Positions 39,986-49,288 of a stretch of 64,000 bases of DNA are shown piece by piece. The position numbers were made by a program, and so were the translations under genes. This DNA comes from Patescibacteria group bacterium (lineage in GTDB: Bacteria; Patescibacteriota; UBA1384; CAJBMM01), in NCBI GenBank assembly GCA_041660565.1, contig JBAZWC010000002.1, forward strand, positions 287,484-351,483, given 5' to 3'. The notes under the pieces were generated by a model. That model made no database searches. It saw only the letters and a list, made by a program, of their open reading frames with translations, and had not been told where the DNA came from. Numbering within the stretch: the stretch's first letter is position 1; every line of letters begins with the position of its first letter.

Positions 39986-40013
39986 GAATGCCCGTCCGAA
40001 GACGGGCATTTTG
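39986..40013 (+). terminator. Intrinsic terminator
   Basis: AATGCCCGTCCGAAGACGGGCATTTTGG. Confidence 0.7.
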
Positions 40014-40036
40014 GTGTGGCGGGTAGGCGCACTGGC

Positions 40037-40306
40037 CTACTCAGCGTTCTTGTTGGCAGGTACGATGCCAGAGCCGTCATAAGGCTCGATCTCGATGACG
40101 CCTGCAACGAATGCCTCGTCAGCCTTGGCGACGTTCCTGACAAATGTCCATTCACCGTCCGGGCCTTCGTGGAAACGCCCGATGATCGTACCAGTGTCTC
40201 GAACGCGATGGGGCAGCTTTCGTTCTGGCCCGTGGCCGTCCTGCATTCCAACGAGCGCATCAGTTTCCAACATGGCCGCAATTCCGGACAGACCCTCGTT
40301 CTCCAT
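40037..40306 (-). CDS. Hypothetical 89-aa protein on GC-rich micro-island I4
   Basis: RBS AAAGGAG 8 nt before the ATG (MENEGLSG..). GC content is visibly high. No motifs recognised. Confidence 0.55.
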   Translation of the reverse strand: MENEGLSGIAAMLETDALVGMQDGHGPERKLPHRVRDTGTIIGRFHEGPDGEWTFVRNVAKADEAFVAGVIEIEPYDGSGIVPANKNAE

Positions 40307-40412
40307 TGCTCGACTCCTTTGGTATCCGAATCGATGAAAAGATCGACAGGAGTGATTGCTTATCCTGCTATGCCGTGATCATATAATTATTTGTCTTGTG
40401 ATTCAAGCTATT

Positions 40413-40446
40413 TATATAGATTCCGGGTCGAGCCCGGAATGACAGC
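40413..40446. repeat. Palindromic repeat family B, copy B2
   Basis: TATATAGATTCCGGGTCGAGCCCGGAATGACAGC. Confidence 0.85.
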
Positions 40447-40471
40447 GGAACGAATATGTTATAATGACGGC

Positions 40472-41041
40472 ATGAAAAGGGTTATCTTCAAATTTATTTC
40501 TACACTGATAATTTTAGGCCTCGCTGCGGCAGGGGGATATTATTACTATCAAACTTGGCGATACCCGCTAAAATATCAAGATGAGGTAAAGGCAGCGGCA
40601 ATACAGAATAATTTGCCCAAGAACTTTATCATGTCGGTAATTCGTGAAGAAAGCCGATTTAATCCAGATGCCAAATCTAACGCAGGGGCAGTAGGGCTGA
40701 TGCAAGTTTTGCCCACCAGTGCTAAATGGATGGCCACAAAACGGGGTAAAACATTAGATTTAAGCACGTTAAATGACCCAAAAGTGAATATTGATTATGG
40801 TTGTTGGTACTTAAGTTATCTACTAAAAACGTTTAACGGCAACTATACCACGACCATCGAGGCATACAACGCGGGGATGGCAAATGTAACAGAATGGGAG
40901 AAAGTGCAATCGGGTTACATTGCATTTCCAGAGACCGCAGAGTTTGTGAAAAGAGTGAAGCAATCGAACGAGATTTATGATAAGCTGTATGGAGAAAATT
41001 GGGATGCGAGTCGTTATGACATTACCCGCGTTCTAAGGTAG
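40472..41041 (+). CDS. Lytic transglycosylase (SLT domain), membrane-anchored
   Basis: N-terminal TM helix. SLT catalytic motif ESRFNPDAKSNAGAVGLMQV. Extended -10 TGTTATAAT just upstream. Confidence 0.8.
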   Translation: MKRVIFKFISTLIILGLAAAGGYYYYQTWRYPLKYQDEVKAAAIQNNLPKNFIMSVIREESRFNPDAKSNAGAVGLMQVLPTSAKWMATKRGKTLDLSTLNDPKVNIDYGCWYLSYLLKTFNGNYTTTIEAYNAGMANVTEWEKVQSGYIAFPETAEFVKRVKQSNEIYDKLYGENWDASRYDITRVLR

Positions 41042-41050
41042 GAGACCAAT

Positions 41051-42799
41051 ATGATCACCAGAGAGCAATTGATCCAAAAATACAGAGAGTTTTTTGAATC
41101 CCATGGACACAAGTGGGTGGCTGGGGCTTCGCTTGTGCCAGAAAACGATCCGACAGTGCTATTTACTACCGCCGGGATGCATCCGTTGGTGCCATATTTA
41201 ATGGGCGAAAATCACGCCGAGGGTAAGCGCATTGCCAATGCGCAGAAATGTATTCGAACCGATGATATCGACGAAGTGGGCGATGCTACTCATCAAACCT
41301 TTTTTGAAATGCTTGGTAACTGGTCGTTTGGTGACTATTTTAAGTCAGAAGCTATCCAATGGAGCTACGAATTTTTGACTGATCCAAAATGGTTGGGGCT
41401 TGATGTGGCGAAATTAGCCGTGACGGTTTTCGCCGGAGATCAGGATGCACCATTTGACACTGAAGCATACGATTTATGGATCAAGACTGGGATTAAACCG
41501 CAGCGAATTGCCAAGTTGCCAAAATCTGATAACTGGTGGGGGCCGGCAGGGCAGGTGGGGCCGTGTGGACCGGATACCGAGATGTTTTATTGGACAGGTA
41601 GTGATAAGGCTCCGGCCGAGTTTGACCCGAAAGACACGCGTTGGGTGGAAATTTGGAATAACGTCTTTATGCAATACAACAAGACCGAGGACGGCAAATT
41701 CGTTCCTCTTAAACAGACTAATGTTGATACGGGTATGGGATTGGTGCGTACGCTGGCGGTTATTAACGGCCAAGCCGATAACTATCAAACCGAACTTTTT
41801 TGGCTAATTATTCAAAAAATCGAACAGATTTCGGGAAAAAAATATGCTGATCATTTAATCGAATTTAGAATTGTTGCCGATCATATTACCGCGGCCATTT
41901 TTGCCATCGCAGATGATGTATTGCCATCTAATAAAGGTGCCGGATACATCACTCGCCGTTTAATTCGTCGCGCAATTTCAAAAATGCATGCATTGGGAGT
42001 TAAGGGTGCTTGCGTATATCAGATTGGGCTAGAGGTTGTTCATTTATATCAGCAAGATTATTCAAAGCTAGCAGACAAATCGATTTTGGAAACGCTGGAA
42101 CAGGAAGAGAAAAAGTTTTTGGCCACTCTGGTTTTGGGTTTGAAGCAACTTGATTCGTGCAAAAATCCAGACGGCAAGTTTGCTTTTAATTTATTTCAAA
42201 CGTATGGTTTCCCGGTTGAAATGACGATGGAGCAAATGCGTCTGCAAAAAATCGGCTTCGATAAGGGTCAGTTATTGCGCGAGTTTGGCCAAGAAATGAC
42301 GGCGCACCAAGATTTATCCCGTACGGCATCGGCGGGGATGTTTAAGGGCGGGCTGGCTGATGCAAGTGAGATAACCACCAAATATCATACTGCTACGCAT
42401 TTGTTGCAAGCTGCGCTACGTCAGGTGCTAGGAACAGAAGTTTACCAGCGCGGATCTAACATTACTGCCGAAAGAATGCGGTTTGATTTCTCGTATCCGG
42501 ACAAAATGACTGACGATCAGATTGCTCAAGTCGAGCAACTAGTTAATGGTTGGATAAAAGATTCGCTAGTTGTTCAAATGGAAGAAATGTCTCCTGCTGA
42601 AGCAAAGCAAAGTGGTGCGTTAGGCATTTTTGATGATAAATATGGTTCTAAAGTGAAGGTTTATTCGGTGGGTAAGACTAGCCGCGAGATCTGCGGTGGT
42701 CCGCATGTATCTAATACCAAAGAATTAGGATTATTTAAGATAACTAAAGAAGAAGCTTCCTCCGCCGGGGTCAGGCGTATTAAAGCCACGCTGATATAA
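41051..42799 (+). CDS. alaS: Alanine--tRNA ligase, shortened (582 aa, lacks the C-Ala domain)
   Basis: Class II catalytic N-terminus (FFESHGHKWVAGASLVP..TTAGM). Editing-domain motifs HTATHLL and CGGPH are present. Confidence 0.88.
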   Translation: MITREQLIQKYREFFESHGHKWVAGASLVPENDPTVLFTTAGMHPLVPYLMGENHAEGKRIANAQKCIRTDDIDEVGDATHQTFFEMLGNWSFGDYFKSEAIQWSYEFLTDPKWLGLDVAKLAVTVFAGDQDAPFDTEAYDLWIKTGIKPQRIAKLPKSDNWWGPAGQVGPCGPDTEMFYWTGSDKAPAEFDPKDTRWVEIWNNVFMQYNKTEDGKFVPLKQTNVDTGMGLVRTLAVINGQADNYQTELFWLIIQKIEQISGKKYADHLIEFRIVADHITAAIFAIADDVLPSNKGAGYITRRLIRRAISKMHALGVKGACVYQIGLEVVHLYQQDYSKLADKSILETLEQEEKKFLATLVLGLKQLDSCKNPDGKFAFNLFQTYGFPVEMTMEQMRLQKIGFDKGQLLREFGQEMTAHQDLSRTASAGMFKGGLADASEITTKYHTATHLLQAALRQVLGTEVYQRGSNITAERMRFDFSYPDKMTDDQIAQVEQLVNGWIKDSLVVQMEEMSPAEAKQSGALGIFDDKYGSKVKVYSVGKTSREICGGPHVSNTKELGLFKITKEEASSAGVRRIKATLI

Positions 42800-42861
42800 A
42801 CATTTCAAATTGATATTGGTCGACTTTATGTAGTACAATGATATAAACGAGGGGATTGTTT

Positions 42862-44127
42862 ATGTTTGGTGTGGGTAAAAGCAAGAAAAAAAATCAGTAC
42901 GCCATATCGTTGGATATTGGCACTGAGTTTGTGAAGGCGCTTATTTTCCGCATTGAGGGTGAAAAAGGTTATGTGGTGGGAGTGGGGCGAGAACGCCAGC
43001 GTTTATCCGATATGCAGGGTGGAACTGTTACCGACATCGCCGGAGTAATCTCTAACTGTGAAAAAGCCTTAAAACAGGCAGCCGAACATGCCGGTGTTTT
43101 GCCTCGCCAGGTAATTATTGGAATCGCAGGCGAGCTGGTTAAAGGGTTAACCACGCATGTGCATTACGTTCGGCCAAATTCCAGGCAGAAAATTGGTTTG
43201 AATGAATTGCAGGAAATTGTGCATCAGGTTCAGTCAAAAGCGTTGGAACAGGCTAAAACCGCTTTGGCATGGGAAACAGGGCATAAAGAAATCGATGTGC
43301 GCTTGGTTAACTCTGCTGTGGTTGAAGTTAAAATTGATGGATATCGCGTTACAAATCCAATTGGTTTTTATGGTAAAGATGTTTCGGTGGGCGTTTTTAA
43401 CTCTTTTGCACCAATTGTGCACCTTGGCGCTTTGCAAACGATCGCCGAGGAGCTTGGCTTAGATTTGTTATCAATTGCGGCCGAGCCGTATGCTGTTTCG
43501 CGCTGTTTGGGGATGGAAGAGTCGGTTGATTTTTCAGCCATCTTCATCGATGTTGGTGGTGGCACAACCGATATTGCCGTGGTGCGCAACGGTGGTGTTG
43601 AAGGCACTAAGATGTTTGCCATTGGTGGCCGCAGTTTTACCAAGCGGGTGGCCAACACTTTGTCTCTGGGGTTTGTTGAGGCTGAGGAGATGAAAATTAA
43701 TTACGCAAATGGTCTGGTAGAAGGCGAGCAAAAACAAGCTTTAGCTAAAGCAATTAAGGCTGATGCAGAGGTGTGGTTGTCTGGGGTAGAGCTAACGCTT
43801 GAAGAGTTTGCTGCCAAATCCAAAACCGGTGATTCCGATCTGTTGCCGACTCGCATATTGCTCTGTGGTGGTGGTAGTATGTTACCCGAGATTTATCAAA
43901 CCTTAAAAGAGGCAAAGTGGAGTAAGAGTTTGCCATTTCCACACGCGCCAAAGGTGGAATATATTATGCCGAAAGATGTGGTGGCAATTGCAGACGAGAC
44001 CGGGGTATTAAAAGACCAACAAGATGTTACCCCAATGGGGTTAGCTAATTTGGCTATCGATTTTGCCGGGGTAGAGGGCGTAGTGGATAGCGTTTTGGAA
44101 AAAGTAACTTCGGGATTAAAATCATAA
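42862..44127 (+). CDS. ftsA: Cell division protein FtsA (actin-like ATPase)
   Basis: DIGTEFVKALIF phosphate-1 motif and DVGGGTTDIAV phosphate-2 motif. Confidence 0.8.
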   Translation: MFGVGKSKKKNQYAISLDIGTEFVKALIFRIEGEKGYVVGVGRERQRLSDMQGGTVTDIAGVISNCEKALKQAAEHAGVLPRQVIIGIAGELVKGLTTHVHYVRPNSRQKIGLNELQEIVHQVQSKALEQAKTALAWETGHKEIDVRLVNSAVVEVKIDGYRVTNPIGFYGKDVSVGVFNSFAPIVHLGALQTIAEELGLDLLSIAAEPYAVSRCLGMEESVDFSAIFIDVGGGTTDIAVVRNGGVEGTKMFAIGGRSFTKRVANTLSLGFVEAEEMKINYANGLVEGEQKQALAKAIKADAEVWLSGVELTLEEFAAKSKTGDSDLLPTRILLCGGGSMLPEIYQTLKEAKWSKSLPFPHAPKVEYIMPKDVVAIADETGVLKDQQDVTPMGLANLAIDFAGVEGVVDSVLEKVTSGLKS

Positions 44128-44128
44128 T

Positions 44129-45886
44129 ATGGAACAGATTTTTCTAGCATTAGATGATGAAATTACCGGCGTTGTCGAAAAGATACAGCAAAGCGTATCC
44201 GATGACGTAGTATTAATTGTGCCGAAAGGTGCTACAATTTTGCAAAGTTTGGTCAATATTCGCTTGCTAATGAAGAAAGCAGACGAATTTGACAAAAAAG
44301 TCTCTGTGGTAACGTCGGATGCGATTGGAAAACAGTTATGTGCTCAAGCGGGGTTGAAGGTTTATCAATCAGTCCCCGATGGAAAACCAGTGGTAAAAGA
44401 TAAGATGCCCAAAACAGCAGTTGGGGATGATGTGGTTGTCGACTCAGATCAAAAAGTGGAATCGCATGATGGTGCCGTTAGGGTAACGCACTACAATGCA
44501 TCGGCCACCGAGGCATTAAAGAAAGCGGGCATAGAACCGGCTGAAAAAATCGATGAATCACCACCGGAGGCGTCGATCGAAGTAACAGAAGATTCGGAAA
44601 TATCCGATGAAGCAGAAATTGACATACCGGCAGAGCCCGAAGTTAAATCATCTGCATCATCTGATGTGATTATGGGTAAAGTAATCGAAGATGATGTTGA
44701 AGAGCATCCGCATAAAACTCGAATTAAGTTAACTCGAAAACCAGTATCTTTGCCGAAGTGGTTGTGGCGCGGTGTAGCACTGACATTGGTACTAGTGGTG
44801 TGCGCGGCTATAAGTTATGCCATTTTTATTCCTTCTACTAGTGTGGTGATAAATGTTCCGAGCGAAAGTGTTAAGAAAACCGCGTCGATCGTTGTTGATA
44901 CTTCAGCGTCGGGAATAAATCAAAATGTCATTCAAGGTTTGGCGCACCAGACAACAGCCGATAGTATTGGTACGGCTAAGGCAACAGGTAAAAAACAAGT
45001 TGGCGACAAGGCAACCGGTACGGTTACAATATCCAATGCCGATAGCACAGACGTCGTGACAATTGCCAAAAACACCGCCCTTACTTCTACTGATAGCAAA
45101 TTGGTATTTCGTACTCAAGTTGCAGTTTCGGTTCCCGGAGACACTGTAACCAAAGTAAACGGCAGATTTGTGGATAATCCGGGTAGAGCTGATGTAGCAG
45201 TAATCGCGGATCAGCCGGGAGACCAATACAATATCAAAGCAACTAGTTTTACGATTGCTGGTGTTTCATCATTAATTACCGGAGCCAGTGCAAAAGCGAT
45301 GTCTGGCGGAACCACAAAAGAGCTGACTATTGTAGCTGAGGCAGACATTACATCGGCCAAGAACGATGCTCAGTCAAAAATGTCAGATGCGGCATTAGCA
45401 GCTTTGCAAAAATCAATTCCATCTAGCGAAACGGCTTTCTATCAATCTGTTAGCGATGTAACTTATTCGGGGCAAGACCATCAGGTGGGTGATGAGGCAA
45501 GCACAGTTTCCATCACTGCCAGTGGTAAAGCAAACGGGGTTTCGTATCGTGGAGATGATATTGCAAGCGTGCTTAAGAGCCAGTTTGCCGATGATATTCC
45601 ACCAGCTAAAAACCTGGTTTTACCGGTAGTGGCGGATATTAAGTTTGACGTAAAATCAGATTCTAGCACCCGATTTACCTTGACCAAGGAAATTGAAGGA
45701 AAGTTAATTGCGAATATTAATACAACCGAAGTAAAAAATAAGTTACGTGGGCGAACAGTGAAGGGTTCGGCGGAGAATATTAAGAGTGCGTACAGCGCAG
45801 ATGCCGTTACAATTACCGCAAGCCCGTCTAAATGGCCACTAATTTCGATTCTCGCTAATCATATTAATGTGACTGTTGCGGAGTAG
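44129..45886 (+). CDS. Bitopic membrane protein occupying the position where ftsZ is normally found
   Basis: Start is 2 nt after the ftsA stop. A cytoplasmic domain of about 200 aa, one TM helix (WRGVALTLVLVVCAAISYAIFI), then a roughly 360-aa Thr/Ser/Ala-rich extracytoplasmic domain. No tubulin GGGTG(S/T)G motif. Confidence 0.6.
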   Translation: MEQIFLALDDEITGVVEKIQQSVSDDVVLIVPKGATILQSLVNIRLLMKKADEFDKKVSVVTSDAIGKQLCAQAGLKVYQSVPDGKPVVKDKMPKTAVGDDVVVDSDQKVESHDGAVRVTHYNASATEALKKAGIEPAEKIDESPPEASIEVTEDSEISDEAEIDIPAEPEVKSSASSDVIMGKVIEDDVEEHPHKTRIKLTRKPVSLPKWLWRGVALTLVLVVCAAISYAIFIPSTSVVINVPSESVKKTASIVVDTSASGINQNVIQGLAHQTTADSIGTAKATGKKQVGDKATGTVTISNADSTDVVTIAKNTALTSTDSKLVFRTQVAVSVPGDTVTKVNGRFVDNPGRADVAVIADQPGDQYNIKATSFTIAGVSSLITGASAKAMSGGTTKELTIVAEADITSAKNDAQSKMSDAALAALQKSIPSSETAFYQSVSDVTYSGQDHQVGDEASTVSITASGKANGVSYRGDDIASVLKSQFADDIPPAKNLVLPVVADIKFDVKSDSSTRFTLTKEIEGKLIANINTTEVKNKLRGRTVKGSAENIKSAYSADAVTITASPSKWPLISILANHINVTVAE

Positions 45887-45888
45887 CC

Positions 45889-46293
45889 GTGATTTTAGCG
45901 ATTGATTTTGGCTTAGTGCGAATTGGTTTGGCAATGGGCGAGCAGATTGCATCGGAATATCGAACTATTTTGAATAATGATGGCGCAATATCTGAAATTC
46001 TAAAGATTATTGGTGATGAGCAAGTTGACACTGTGGTTATTGGTCGTCCGGTACGTAGCCGAGGCGAAAAAGGCAGTATCGATGAACACATCGATTTTTT
46101 TGTCCAAGCTATTAAATTAGCGGTGCCACATATTACAATTTGTGAATCAAATGAGGCGTTTACTACGTCTGCGGCGCTCTCAGATTTGAAGGAAAAAGGG
46201 TTGTCTATAGAAGCGAGTAAGAAAAGAGTAGATCAATACGCCGCCAAATTATTGTTGCAACAGTATATTGATGAACAAATGAAAAAGGCGTAA
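45889..46293 (+). CDS. ruvX: YqgF/RuvX-like putative Holliday-junction resolvase
   Basis: ILAIDFGLVRIGLAM N-terminus of RNase H-like fold. GTG start. Confidence 0.75.
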   Translation: MILAIDFGLVRIGLAMGEQIASEYRTILNNDGAISEILKIIGDEQVDTVVIGRPVRSRGEKGSIDEHIDFFVQAIKLAVPHITICESNEAFTTSAALSDLKEKGLSIEASKKRVDQYAAKLLLQQYIDEQMKKA

Positions 46294-46295
46294 GG

Positions 46296-47258
46296 ATGAA
46301 ACTTTGGGTTAAGATTAGTTTATTGATAATCGGAATTATTATCGCGATTGGTTTGTCGGGGTATCTTTGGTTTATTAATCAAATTAATGCCAAAACAACC
46401 GCTTCGGTTACTACATTCGAGATTACATCCGGAGAAAGCTCGGCAGATGTTATTAGTCGATTATACTCCAGCGGTATTATTAAGTCCGAAACGGTGGCGC
46501 TGATTTATCAAAAAATATATCGCCCTAAGTTGTTGGCGGGTACGTTTTCGATCCCTCAAACTTATTCCGTTAAATCTTTATTTAATGTTCTTGGCTCTCC
46601 GGAGTTAGAGCAGAAGAAGTTGACTGTTAAAGAAGGATGGGCCAAGGAGCAAATTGCCGATAAGATTACGGAATTCGGGCTGTCTTCATTTACATTTCTG
46701 AATTTGGCAAAAAATTCAGAAGGTAAATTGTTCCCCGACACTTATTTTATTGGTAAGAAAACGACCGAAGAAAGCCTGGTTACGGCGATGACCGATCAGT
46801 ACAGCAAAGAAACGGCCAGTTTGAATGTGACAAAAAATCAACTTATTTTGGCATCAATTGTCGAACGAGAAGCGTTGAACGATGCGGATAGAGGCATTAT
46901 TGCCGGGATTTACTCAAATCGATTGAAAATTAATATGTCAATGGGCGCGGACCCAACGGTGCAATACGCTAAAAATATCGATCTTGGATTAGCGCCGGTT
47001 AAGGATGGGATAACGCAGTGGTGGGCGCCAATTACGGCGGCGGATTATAAATCGGCCAACTCATTGTATAACACTTACCTACATGTTGGGTTGCCTCCAG
47101 CGCCAATTTGCAATCCCGGGATCGCCAGTATTAATGCAGCCCAAAATCCAACACCGTCGGACGACTATTATTTCTACTACGATGCAAAAAGTGTTTTAAT
47201 TACCGCTAAAACACTTGCCGAACGAAACGCGCTGCTTCGAACATATCCAATTCATTAG
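46296..47258 (+). CDS. mltG: Endolytic murein transglycosylase MltG (YceG-like)
   Basis: N-terminal TM helix and YceG-like domain (..GLPPAPICNPG..). Confidence 0.8.
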   Translation: MKLWVKISLLIIGIIIAIGLSGYLWFINQINAKTTASVTTFEITSGESSADVISRLYSSGIIKSETVALIYQKIYRPKLLAGTFSIPQTYSVKSLFNVLGSPELEQKKLTVKEGWAKEQIADKITEFGLSSFTFLNLAKNSEGKLFPDTYFIGKKTTEESLVTAMTDQYSKETASLNVTKNQLILASIVEREALNDADRGIIAGIYSNRLKINMSMGADPTVQYAKNIDLGLAPVKDGITQWWAPITAADYKSANSLYNTYLHVGLPPAPICNPGIASINAAQNPTPSDDYYFYYDAKSVLITAKTLAERNALLRTYPIH

Positions 47259-47412
47259 GTGATTAGCTGATTAGGCTCCGCCCGTAGGGCTACTCCTCTC
47301 CGAGCCGTAGGCTCTACGAGCTGGAGGCCGGAGGGTGATTAGGGGTTCCATAGGGGCGATACCTCGTTTCACTTCGGAAACCGAAGGTTAACACGAATCG
47401 CCCGTTTCGGCG
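47256..47412. repeat. Palindromic repeat family E, copy E2 (long composite)
   Basis: GGTGATTAGCTGATTAGGCTCCGCCCGTAGGGCT..GGAGGGTGATTAGGGG. Carries additional hairpins ending CGAATCGCCCGTTTCGGCG. Confidence 0.8.
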
Positions 47413-47487
47413 TAGTTGAAGATTATCTATCGAAGTAATATATTGATGTTGTCAGTCTGAATGACTCGTATCTCAGGGGAGAAGCGC

Positions 47488-47691
47488 ATGGAAGGGAATC
47501 GTGGCCTCGCGTCGTTGGAGGATCTGGTACGGTCTATCGGCACTGATCCAATCGATCCAATGTTCGCCACGTCGAGCGACAAGGAACGATTCGATGGGTC
47601 TTTGCGGACGGTGCTGGAACCGCTCTGGGCAGAGGACGACGTTGCTCGCGCCAAGTCGGTCGAATCTGGCCGAAGTTACATCGTATATTGA
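47488..47691 (+). CDS. Hypothetical 67-aa protein, gene 1 of GC-rich micro-island I5
   Basis: RBS AGGGGAGAAG before the ATG. GC-rich. Confidence 0.5.
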   Translation: MEGNRGLASLEDLVRSIGTDPIDPMFATSSDKERFDGSLRTVLEPLWAEDDVARAKSVESGRSYIVY

Positions 47692-47715
47692 GCTACTGTC
47701 ACGGAGGTTTGTGAG

Positions 47716-47922
47716 ATGTATGACGAGGAGCTGACCCCGATAGAGAAGCTTGTCTTGTCTAACTCGGGTGGAGTGCCTGCTGCCCATCCCGTACTGGCAA
47801 CTCGGGCAGACATCGATGCGTTTGAGGGGAGAATGCGGATTGCAACAGAGCTGACTCTCAAGGCAGACCGAAGAGCCATGGATGAGTCATGGCAGGCTGC
47901 GCGCTTCAAGCTGATCGACTGA
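47716..47922 (+). CDS. Hypothetical 68-aa protein, gene 2 of GC-rich micro-island I5
   Basis: RBS GGAGG 9 nt before the ATG. Followed by an intrinsic terminator. Confidence 0.5.
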   Translation: MYDEELTPIEKLVLSNSGGVPAAHPVLATRADIDAFEGRMRIATELTLKADRRAMDESWQAARFKLID

Positions 47923-47936
47923 GTGTCGGGTGATAG

Positions 47937-47975
47937 GCCGGGTGGATGTTCCACTCCGGCCTTTCTCTTTTTAAT
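47937..47975 (+). terminator. Intrinsic terminator closing island I5
   Basis: GGCCGGGTGGATGTTCCACTCCGGCC followed by TTTCTCTTTTT. Confidence 0.65.
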
Positions 47976-48036
47976 ATTTTGATTTTGAATTTATTCCGTG
48001 CTTGGTGCTTAGAATTTAGTGCTTATTCAACCCGGC
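47963..48036. repeat. AT-rich repeat family F (F9) upstream of mreB
   Basis: tttttaatattttgattttgaatttattCCGTGCTTGGTGCTTagaatttagtgctt plus palindrome TTCAACCCGGCGGGTTGAA. Confidence 0.6.
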
Positions 48037-48091
48037 GGGTTGAATTAATCTGTCAGATTGATATAATCAGCGCCAGACGGAGATTTTTATT

Positions 48092-49138
48092 GTGGTCAAA
48101 ATAATTGACACCCTATTCAACTTTTTTTCCCAAGATATTGGCATCGATTTAGGTACGGCCAACACCTTGGTTTATGTACGCGGAAAAGGAGTGGTTATTC
48201 AAGAGCCGTCGGTTGTAGCCATCAACGAGCGCACTAAAAAAGTATTAGCCATTGGTAACGAAGCCAAGCGGATGGTAGGGCGTACCCCGTCACATATTGT
48301 GGCTGTTCGTCCACTTGTAGATGGGGTAATCTCTGATTTCGAGGTGACCGAGGCCATGCTTCGCTATTTTATTGATAAAGTAACTCAAGACAAATTTAAA
48401 TTATTATCCAGACCTAGGGTGGTAATTGGTATCCCGTATGGTGTAACCGAAGTTGAGCGTCGCGCTGTTGAAGAAGGAGCGCTGAATGCCGGTGCGCGGC
48501 AAGTTTTCTTAATTGAAGAGCCGGTCTCGGCGGCTATTGGGGCGCGTTTGCCAATTCACGAACCATCGGGCAATATGATCGTTGATATTGGTGGCGGTAC
48601 TACTGAGGTGGCTGTATTAAGTTTGGGAGGGATTGTTGCGTCCAGATCGCTTCGAGTGGCCGGCGATGAGCTGAACCAAGACATCATCCAATACGCTCGT
48701 GATCAATTTAATATCTTATTGGGCGAAAAAACCGCCGAAGATGTTAAAATTAATATTGGTAGTGCCTTCCCCCTGAATGAAAAATTGCAGACGCCAATGC
48801 GCGGGCGTGATTTGGTTAGCGGATTGCCTAAAGAAATTATGGTAAACGATGAACAGATTCGCGAAGCGATGAAGAAATCGATTAAAATTATTGTTGATAG
48901 TATTCGGATGACTATGGAAGAAACTCCACCGGAGTTGCTGGCAGATATAATGGAGCGAGGAATTATTTTGGCTGGCGGGGGTGCAATGTTGCGCGGGCTG
49001 GATAAGTTGATCGCTCAGGAAACCAGAACCATTGTGCATATTGCTGACGATCCGTTGACATGCGTTGTGCGAGGAACAGGGGTGGTGCTTGAAGATTTGG
49101 ATAATCTACGGGAAGTACTGTTACCGACCGTTAGATAA
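48092..49138 (+). CDS. mreB: Rod shape-determining protein MreB
   Basis: IGIDLGTANTLVYV, DIGGGTTEVAV, 348 aa. Extended -10 TGATATAAT at 48059. Confidence 0.92.
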   Translation: MVKIIDTLFNFFSQDIGIDLGTANTLVYVRGKGVVIQEPSVVAINERTKKVLAIGNEAKRMVGRTPSHIVAVRPLVDGVISDFEVTEAMLRYFIDKVTQDKFKLLSRPRVVIGIPYGVTEVERRAVEEGALNAGARQVFLIEEPVSAAIGARLPIHEPSGNMIVDIGGGTTEVAVLSLGGIVASRSLRVAGDELNQDIIQYARDQFNILLGEKTAEDVKINIGSAFPLNEKLQTPMRGRDLVSGLPKEIMVNDEQIREAMKKSIKIIVDSIRMTMEETPPELLADIMERGIILAGGGAMLRGLDKLIAQETRTIVHIADDPLTCVVRGTGVVLEDLDNLREVLLPTVR

Positions 49139-49148
49139 ACTGCTCGTA

Positions 49149-49272
49149 TTGTCATTTCGACTCCTCGACATTCGAGTCGAGGGTGGAGAAATCTCAAAAA
49201 AGACTGGAAGGGGTTTTATCTCAGATTTCTCCAACACAGTCGTGTTGACACACTCCTAGGGTCGAAATGACA
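49149..49272. repeat. Palindromic repeat family A, full copy A4
   Basis: TGTCATTTCGACTCCTCGACATTCGAGTCGAGGGTGGAGAAATCTC..AGATTTCTCC..CTAGGGTCGAAATGACA. Confidence 0.85.
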
Positions 49273-49288
49273 GGCAAAAGGATTGTTT

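Noticed and set aside
44129-45886. Calling the gene after ftsA ftsZ
   Set aside because: The protein lacks the tubulin/FtsZ GGGTG(S/T)G signature and has a transmembrane helix plus a long extracytoplasmic domain. It is reported as an unknown membrane protein instead.
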